From IMG/VR virus record IMGVR_UViG_3300031087_000004: 44,346 nt of DNA; one strand, written 5' to 3'. Below the pieces are notes generated by a model. The model was given only the letters and a program-made list of their open reading frames with translations. It made no database searches and was not told the DNA's origin. Below, piece by piece: positions 39,097-44,346 of this stretch. The position numbers and the translations under genes were made by a program. This stretch comes from a virus. Every line of letters begins with the position of its first letter. The stretch's first letter is position 1.

Positions 39097-39385
39097 AAGA
39101 ACCCTGATAGACGATCTCGCTAACTGCTGGTTTGACGAACTGCCAGCAGACCAGCAAAACCAGCAATCATTCCGCAACTGCCAGGATATGGCGGCAAAAT
39201 ATTTCGAGGCGAACAGCTATGGCAATTTTAAACCGATCAGTAACTGCGGAGGACGCGAAAAACCGCTGGGCAACCCAGTGGGGCTGCTTTCTGGATGCGC
39301 AGCACCTTTACGGCAGGCGCTTTTCGGTGGACGTGTGCGCGGAGCCGGAAACGGCGAAAGTAAAACGCTTCTTCGCAAGCACTGA
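39086..39385 (+). CDS. Doubtful ORF. Only the first ~45 codons look protein-like; the remainder overlaps dam in another frame.
   Basis: ATG 39086 overlaps the VRR-NUC stop. MVTKRTLIDDLANCWFDELPADQQNQQSFRNCQDMAAKYFEANSYG, then low-quality sequence over the dam start. Confidence 0.25.
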   Translation: MVTKRTLIDDLANCWFDELPADQQNQQSFRNCQDMAAKYFEANSYGNFKPISNCGGREKPLGNPVGLLSGCAAPLRQALFGGRVRGAGNGESKTLLRKH

Positions 39386-39818
39386 CTGGTTTGATTCTCG
39401 CCGCCTGTCTTCTTTCGGTATCGGCGGCATGGACGGATTCGGCATCAAGAAAGGGCAGAAGGTGCTGGGGCTGGACGCGCTGCGCCACAAATGGCCCGCC
39501 GATTGGTGGTGCAATCCGCCTTTTGATCGAAAGTGGGAGTTTGTAGCCCACGCCCGAGTCCAGCAGCAATCGGGAAGACCCGGCATGATGCTGTTGCCAT
39601 ACAGCCCGTGCAGCACCAGCTGGCGGCGCGCTCTGGGTACCGGCGTAATTATCTATGAGCCGGACGGACGCTACAACTTTATGGAGCCGGACGGCGAGAC
39701 GAAGCAGAGCGGCGCTAATTTCGAATCGGCGCTGGTAGTCTTCACGACTAACCTGATCGGCGATTCGATACGGGTACCGTTTCTGCGGGGGATCCACCAG
39801 CATGGCAAGGCAGATTGA
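39219..39818 (+). CDS. dam: DNA N6-adenine methyltransferase (phage Dam family)
   Basis: gagg lies 9 nt before ATG 39219. W-ATQW...FSVDVCAEPETAKVKRFF...WWCNPPFDRKWEF...MMLLPYS...GRYNFMEPDG has the NPPF catalytic motif and the typical phage Dam order. Confidence 0.8.
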   Translation: MAILNRSVTAEDAKNRWATQWGCFLDAQHLYGRRFSVDVCAEPETAKVKRFFASTDWFDSRRLSSFGIGGMDGFGIKKGQKVLGLDALRHKWPADWWCNPPFDRKWEFVAHARVQQQSGRPGMMLLPYSPCSTSWRRALGTGVIIYEPDGRYNFMEPDGETKQSGANFESALVVFTTNLIGDSIRVPFLRGIHQHGKAD

Positions 39819-39951
39819 ACCGACGCTACAAAACGCCCAGGCGCTGATGCTTCGCGCCATTGAAACCAACGATTTTATTTTATTTCTCGCCGCTAAGGTT
39901 TGCTTATACAACCTGGGGCTGATGGAGGGTTTATTTGATGATTACCAATAA
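39802..39951 (+). CDS. Possible small ORF (49 aa)
   Basis: Hand translation: MARQIEPTLQNAQALMLRAIETNDFILFLAAKVCLYNLGLMEGLFDDYQ. Fills the gap between dam and the next gene. Weak SD. Confidence 0.3.
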   Translation: MARQIEPTLQNAQALMLRAIETNDFILFLAAKVCLYNLGLMEGLFDDYQ

Positions 39952-40339
39952 ATTTACGAACGCTAAGTTGGCCAAAGAAATCGAACGTTTAAACCGTGAA
40001 GTAACCAGCCTTAAATCGGCGCTGTTGCTGGCTGCCGACAACAACAGCAAAGCCGAGCAGCTGGAAACGATGCTGGAAGGCGCAGCCGCCGAAAACGCCC
40101 ACCTGCTGGCACGCCTTCACCAGCTGGGCGATCCGAACATGTGCGATCTGGTAGTTGAGCTAATGGCGCTGAAAGTGACCGGCAAACTATGCGCCCGCTT
40201 ACAGGCCCGAGGGTACCGTGAAGCAGTTGCCGATGTTCGCGCCGTGGCACGCACCGCCCGCAACCCGCAGATTTACGACCTGATGATGGATATTTGCGGC
40301 CAGATGGATGCCAAAGCCGCACGGGTGGAGGCGCTTTAA
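39938..40339 (+). CDS. Hypothetical coiled-coil protein
   Basis: GGAGGG lies 8 nt before ATG 39938. 133 aa, with heptad-like LAKEIERLNREVTSLKSALLLAA. Confidence 0.55.
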   Translation: MITNKFTNAKLAKEIERLNREVTSLKSALLLAADNNSKAEQLETMLEGAAAENAHLLARLHQLGDPNMCDLVVELMALKVTGKLCARLQARGYREAVADVRAVARTARNPQIYDLMMDICGQMDAKAARVEAL

Positions 40340-41463
40340 TGGCGGCCTATTACAACGAGTTCAACAAGGACGCAGCCGCCTGGCTGCGTGTTCTCATTCA
40401 GGAAGGGCTGATCGCCCACGGATATGTCGATGAAAGATCAATCGAAGAAGTTACCCCCGGCGACCTGCGAGGCTTCACCCAGTGCCATTTCTTCGCGGGC
40501 ATCGGCGGCTGGAGTCTCGCATTGCGAATCGCCGGAGTTGCTGACAATACACCGTGCTGGACAGGATCACCCCCCTGCCAGCCTTTCAGCGTCGCAGGAT
40601 TGCAACTTGGAATGCACGACGCAAGACACCTTGCCCCAGTCTGGCTGCGGCTTATTGACCAGTGCCAGCCTTCAAAGATCTTTGGAGAGCAGGTTAAAGC
40701 GGCAATTAAGCCCGGATGGCTTGATCTTTTATTCGGCGAAATGGAAAGAGCGGGCTACGCCTGCGGGGCGTCAGTATTGCCAGCTGGCGCTAGTGAAGCG
40801 CCCCACCTGCGCGACAGATTATTTTTCGGGGCAGTGCGAAACGTGGCCCACACCGATAGCGAACGACGCGAAGGGCAGCGACTACAGCACCAGCAACGGG
40901 GAGAAGATATTGAAGTTGCCGGGAGTGGCGAAGCTGGCAGCATGGACGACGCCCAGCCATTCGGACGGGACGCGGGGCGGCACCGGGATAACGGAGAACA
41001 TGACGGGCAGCAGCCTGGTGCAGCAGGCCAAACTGGCGAGCTGGCCGACGAGCAGCGCGACGGATCACAAGGGTGGCTACGAGGGTGGCAGGATTCGCAA
41101 CGGCAAACTTTCGGTGGACAGGCTGGACGTGGCCGCGCAGCTGGCGACCTGGCCAACGCCTTTGACCGTTCCCGAATCGGACGCCAGCAGGGGCCAACTG
41201 TCTGGCAGCATGAGGCAACAGCTGGAGCCGTGCAAGCCGTCAATCCGTGGGCAAGTCTTAAACGCCAATGGGATCGATGTGACTGGATCTTATGCCTCGA
41301 TGGCAACTACCGGCCCATTGAACCCGGCACTTTCCCGCTGGCTAATGGGGTACCCGCCCGAGTGGGACGATTGCGCGGTTATGGCAATGCCATCAGCCCG
41401 CAAATCACGTCAGAATTTATCGAAGCCTTTAACGGAGCCTGCAACGATGCGCGCCGCGCCTAA
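40339..41463 (+). CDS. dcm: DNA (cytosine-5) methyltransferase, frame-1 reading (374 aa)
   Basis: TAATG overlap with the upstream gene. Motif I FFAGIGGW, motif IV GSPPCQPFS, motif VI-like IFGEQV, motif VIII PHLRDRLFF, motif X RLRGYGNAISPQITSEFIEA. The middle third is G/R/Q/D-rich and uses many rare codons. Confidence 0.7.
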   Translation: MAAYYNEFNKDAAAWLRVLIQEGLIAHGYVDERSIEEVTPGDLRGFTQCHFFAGIGGWSLALRIAGVADNTPCWTGSPPCQPFSVAGLQLGMHDARHLAPVWLRLIDQCQPSKIFGEQVKAAIKPGWLDLLFGEMERAGYACGASVLPAGASEAPHLRDRLFFGAVRNVAHTDSERREGQRLQHQQRGEDIEVAGSGEAGSMDDAQPFGRDAGRHRDNGEHDGQQPGAAGQTGELADEQRDGSQGWLRGWQDSQRQTFGGQAGRGRAAGDLANAFDRSRIGRQQGPTVWQHEATAGAVQAVNPWASLKRQWDRCDWILCLDGNYRPIEPGTFPLANGVPARVGRLRGYGNAISPQITSEFIEAFNGACNDARRA

Positions 41464-41533
41464 AGTGCGCATCCGGGCGGGATCCTTTGAGCACGACGGC
41501 TGGCTGGCGCTGGCCGCGCAAAAGAGGAAGTGA
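40424..41533 (+). other. Overlapping frame-2 ORF (369 aa) whose middle and C-terminal parts carry methyltransferase target-recognition-like repeats
   Basis: ETWPTPIANDAKG, AAWTTPSHSDGTRGG, ASWPTSSATDHKGG and ATWPTPLTVPESD repeats, then LNPALSRWLMGYPPEWDDC. Good codon usage over 40840-41370. The stop at 41531-33 abuts the next gene's SD and ATG. Confidence 0.5.
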
Positions 41534-41535
41534 CT

Positions 41536-41787
41536 ATGTACAACACCCAGATATTGCCGGACGGCGAGGTGCGCGTGATGGACTACACCCCCAACACCGT
41601 TACAGTGGCAAACGAATATCAATGGACGGAGGAAGGCGGCTGGAAAATGTGGATCAATGCCGACGTGCAGGACGGCGGCTACTGGCGTACATTCACGGCA
41701 GAGATAACGATCGAAGTGCTGGAGCGGCTGAAAGCTGCGGCGCTGGCATCGCTTGAAGTGAGGGCGCAGCCGGATGAATCAAACTGA
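41536..41787 (+). CDS. Hypothetical protein
   Basis: gagga lies 8 nt before ATG 41536. 83 aa. Confidence 0.55.
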   Translation: MYNTQILPDGEVRVMDYTPNTVTVANEYQWTEEGGWKMWINADVQDGGYWRTFTAEITIEVLERLKAAALASLEVRAQPDESN

Positions 41788-42109
41788 CGTAGACAAGCTG
41801 CGGGCAGCAGTGGAAGGCGTAGCAATTGCACTTATCCCCCACTGGCAAAAGCTGGGGGAATCATTCAAAAAAGTAAGAGAGGATTTAGCCATGAATCAAT
41901 CCAGCGTAATTGAAAAACAGATCGTCGCAGCCCTGCAGCGCCAGGGCGCGGATAGCGGTACCGCCAACGTGGCGGCGCGGCATGCCATGAGCATTTACGG
42001 TATGCAGTCCCGCATGGGTACCGCCAGCATGCAGCAGATTTTAAAGACTGCTGGCGAGTACGCAGAGCGCACCCAGAAAGGATTTAAGTACAAAGCCCGC
42101 AGCAAATAA
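41774..42109 (+). CDS. Hypothetical protein
   Basis: 111 aa, 14-nt overlap with the upstream gene. Confidence 0.55.
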   Translation: MNQTDVDKLRAAVEGVAIALIPHWQKLGESFKKVREDLAMNQSSVIEKQIVAALQRQGADSGTANVAARHAMSIYGMQSRMGTASMQQILKTAGEYAERTQKGFKYKARSK

Positions 42110-42130
42110 CCAAAAAAATCTGAAATAATT

Positions 42131-42146
42131 CTATACGTGCGTATAG
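42131..42146. promoter_or_regulatory. Operator palindrome, site d (CTATACGtgCGTATAG)
   Basis: Perfect 7+2+7 palindrome in the 42110-42196 spacer. Possible -35 CTGAAA (42120-25) and -10 TATAGG (42142-47). Followed by the GGTGAT..ATCACC hairpin at 42146-42165. Confidence 0.55.
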
Positions 42147-42196
42147 GTGATGGTCTACTATCACCTTGCGCACTTTTTCTTTGGAGCTAAGAAACC

Positions 42197-42388
42197 ATGA
42201 CCAACCCGAATCAGGAATTAATCGACTTTATGAAGGACAACGCCCTGACCCCGAAGGACGTTGCCGAAATGCTGGGCGTGAATGTAGACACCGTTTACAT
42301 GTGGCGCGCCAGCAATGGCATTCGCGTTATACCTGCAGCCCGTTTCGAATTGCTGCAACTCAAAACGGCAGCAAAAAAGACTGCGTAA
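42197..42388 (+). CDS. Small HTH DNA-binding protein (Cro/excisionase-like)
   Basis: 63 aa. LTPKDVAEMLGVNVDTVYMWRASNG is a helix-turn-helix. Lies directly downstream of operator site d. Confidence 0.65.
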   Translation: MTNPNQELIDFMKDNALTPKDVAEMLGVNVDTVYMWRASNGIRVIPAARFELLQLKTAAKKTA

Positions 42389-42414
42389 GCAGCGGGCAGT
42401 AAGGGGCTTTTGCG

Positions 42415-44346
42415 ATGGCTAAAAAATCATACAACCCGCTAACGGTTGACCAGATCCGACGCATGCTGACCTACATCGACGCCGATTGTTCGCGCGAAGA
42501 ATGGGTGGACGTCGCTATGGGCGTTATGTCTGAGCTGGGCGACGCAGGCGAAGAAGTCTGGATGGAGTGGAGCCGCACCAGTACGGCAAAATTCAACCTT
42601 TCAGATGCACGCAGCACCTGGAAGTCTATCGGCGCTGGCGGAAAGACGATCGGCACCGTGTGGCACATGGCTGCCCAGAAAGGATGGGCGCTGGATAAGA
42701 GCGAGATCCAGCAGCTGCCAGAAGAGGAAATGGCCCAGCGTATTGCCAACCGCGAGGCAGCCGAAAAGGCAGCCAAAGAAGCGCGACAGGCTGATGCCGA
42801 TAAGGCACGCGACAGGGCAAACAATACGTGGAACGCGGCAGCACCTTGCGGCGATCACCCATACCTGCAGCGCAAAAAGGTGAAGTCCCACAACCTCAAA
42901 GTGGGCGACTTCGCGCTGGAGAAACGCGACGGCACCTACAGCACCCAGAAAAACATGCTGCTGATCCCGGTTATGTCGCTGGACGGCACGATCCACAACC
43001 TGCAAGCCATCTGGCCGAAAAAGCCAAAATGGGCAGAAGGTGGCAGCGATAAGCTGTTTATCAAAGGCGGCCTGGTGGGCGGTCACTTTTTCATAATCGG
43101 CAACCCCGGCGACGGCGACGGCACCGTGGCTTTTTGTGAGGGTTACGCAACCGGCGCAGCAATCCGGGAGGCAACCGGCTGGTGCGTGGTGATCTGCTTC
43201 AACAGCAACAACCTGATGCCGGTAGCGGAGCAATTCGCCAAAGAATTCGTGGGCGTGCCTTTCGTGGTCTGCGGCGATAACGATCGCTGGACGACGACGA
43301 CGGTTAACGGCCAGAAGGTGAATAACCCGGGCGAACTGGCCGCTAAAAGCGTGGCTAACGTGATCCGCGGGCGTTGCATCATTCCCCGCTTCACAAAGGA
43401 AACGCTACAGGCTAACACCGTGACAGACGACAAGGGCAGGACGCGCGGCCCTACCGACTTTAACGACCTTTTAGTGCTGGAAGGCGAAGAGCAGCTGGCG
43501 CGCCAGTTATCGGCGAAGGTGGTAGAAATGGCGAACATCAACCAAAAAAATAAATCCCCGGAGGAATCGACCAACCCGTGGGCAAACGAAGAATTTACGG
43601 TGCTGGGGCATAACCACGGCAATTATTTTTACCTTTGCCACGGTAGCCGCCAGGTGATCACCATGACGGCAGCGAAGCACACCAAAAATAACCTGATGGA
43701 ACTCGCAAGCCTCGAATGGTGGTACTCAATGTACCCGGTAAAGGGCGCGATCGACTGGGAGAAAGCCACCAACGACCTGATGCGCTTATGCCAGCAGCGC
43801 GGCATCTATTCGCTGGAAAAGATGCGCGGGCGTGGTGCGTGGTGGGACGACGATCGCGCGGTCTATCACTTTGGCAGCCATCTGCTGGTAGACGGCGAGG
43901 AAGTGGAAATTACCGACTTTAACAGCCGGTACACGTACCAGCAGGAACTGCCACTACCGACGCCAGCCGACGAGGCGCTAACCGACGACGAAGGGCAGGG
44001 GCTGCTGGATCTGGCAATGTCGTTTCGGTGGAGCGTGCCCGCGTCTGGCTGCTTACTGGCTGGATTCGTGGCGCTGGCACCTATCTGCGGTGCACTGCGC
44101 TGGCGGCCCCACCTGTGGCTTACCGGTGGCGCTGGCTGCGGTAAATCGACGGTGCTTAACGAATACATTAACCCGCTGATGCACGGCATTAACATATTCG
44201 CGCAGGGCAACAGTACAGAGGCAGGGATCCGCCAGCGACTGGGTGGTGATGCCCGTCCAGTGTTGTTCGATGAATCCGAGTCAAACAACGAACGCGAGGC
44301 GCAGCGCGTCCAGAACATCCTTTCGATGGTTCGCCAGGCATCCAGT
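42415..44346 (+). CDS. Primase-helicase, 5' part (PriCT-2-like N-terminus, TOPRIM primase, DUF927/P4-alpha-like helicase). Continues at 2..979.
   Basis: ATG 42415 after aagggg. The frame is open to the window end. EEWVDVAMGVMSELGDAGEEVWMEWSRTS..F...W (PriCT-2 pattern). TVAFCEGYATGAAI...VVCGDND (TOPRIM E...DxD). Walker A TGGAGCGKST and Walker B PVLFDES. Confidence 0.88.
   Translation, partial: MAKKSYNPLTVDQIRRMLTYIDADCSREEWVDVAMGVMSELGDAGEEVWMEWSRTSTAKFNLSDARSTWKSIGAGGKTIGTVWHMAAQKGWALDKSEIQQLPEEEMAQRIANREAAEKAAKEARQADADKARDRANNTWNAAAPCGDHPYLQRKKVKSHNLKVGDFALEKRDGTYSTQKNMLLIPVMSLDGTIHNLQAIWPKKPKWAEGGSDKLFIKGGLVGGHFFIIGNPGDGDGTVAFCEGYATGAAIREATGWCVVICFNSNNLMPVAEQFAKEFVGVPFVVCGDNDRWTTTTVNGQKVNNPGELAAKSVANVIRGRCIIPRFTKETLQANTVTDDKGRTRGPTDFNDLLVLEGEEQLARQLSAKVVEMANINQKNKSPEESTNPWANEEFTVLGHNHGNYFYLCHGSRQVITMTAAKHTKNNLMELASLEWWYSMYPVKGAIDWEKATNDLMRLCQQRGIYSLEKMRGRGAWWDDDRAVYHFGSHLLVDGEEVEITDFNSRYTYQQELPLPTPADEALTDDEGQGLLDLAMSFRWSVPASGCLLAGFVALAPICGALRWRPHLWLTGGAGCGKSTVLNEYINPLMHGINIFAQGNSTEAGIRQRLGGDARPVLFDESESNNEREAQRVQNILSMVRQASS
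44220..44346. repeat. Second copy of the 127-bp terminal overlap
   Basis: Identical to 1..127 by direct comparison. Confidence 0.95.

Noticed and set aside
1-44346. Apparent excess of GGATCC (at least 28 sites by eye against roughly 13 expected) and frequent GATC
   Set aside because: The enrichment is only about two-fold. It could follow from codon and dipeptide usage (GAT-CC, GGA-TCC), and I cannot compute proper statistics here. It is compatible with a phage that encodes its own Dam, but not distinctive enough to report as a finding.

Overview
The window is a complete, circularly closed genome of a tailed dsDNA phage. The unit length is 44,219 bp, and bases 1-127 repeat 44220-44346, so the primase-helicase gene is split across the window ends. 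Every credible gene is on the + strand. Codon usage and homologies (lambda R-like endolysin, SSB ending DDDIPF) point to an enterobacterial host.

Gene order:
- P4-alpha-like primase-helicase, wrapping the ends
- intrinsic terminator and an iteron-type replication origin (about 1080-1395)
- Mor/C-like activator
- lysis cassette: two 3-TM holin-like proteins, lambda-R-type transglycosylase, and an Rz-type spanin with an embedded Rz1-type spanin
- candidate cos region
- lambda-like packaging and head genes: Nu1-like TerS, GpA-like TerL, gpW-like protein, lambda-type portal, and an S78 protease-scaffold-HK97 capsid fusion
- P2/Mu-like contractile tail and baseplate: gpV/W/J/I, fibres, sheath, tube, E/E' frameshift chaperone, tape measure, gpU/X/D
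- a long early region: P4-type integrase, RecE-like exonuclease, Sak4-like ATPase, SSB, DEAH helicase, VRR-NUC nuclease, Dam, C5-methyltransferase and many small ORFs

Most notable non-standard signals:
1. A 20-bp element is present four times in the late region. Each copy has a phased -35/-10-like hexamer pair, so these are candidate activator-dependent late promoters. One copy lies inside the protease-capsid gene.
2. A 16-bp palindrome CTATACGnnCGTATAG sits in four early intergenic regions, with half-sites in front of the Mor-like gene. This looks like an operator regulon.
3. The cytosine methyltransferase locus has two reading frames open over about 1 kb, and both carry methyltransferase-type motifs.
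4. The origin contains at least 12 GGTTACAA iterons, two (TA)n tracts and a 32-nt alternating pyrimidine-purine tract.
5. A tail protein carries an alpha/beta-hydrolase domain.

No tRNA, rRNA or CRISPR array was seen.
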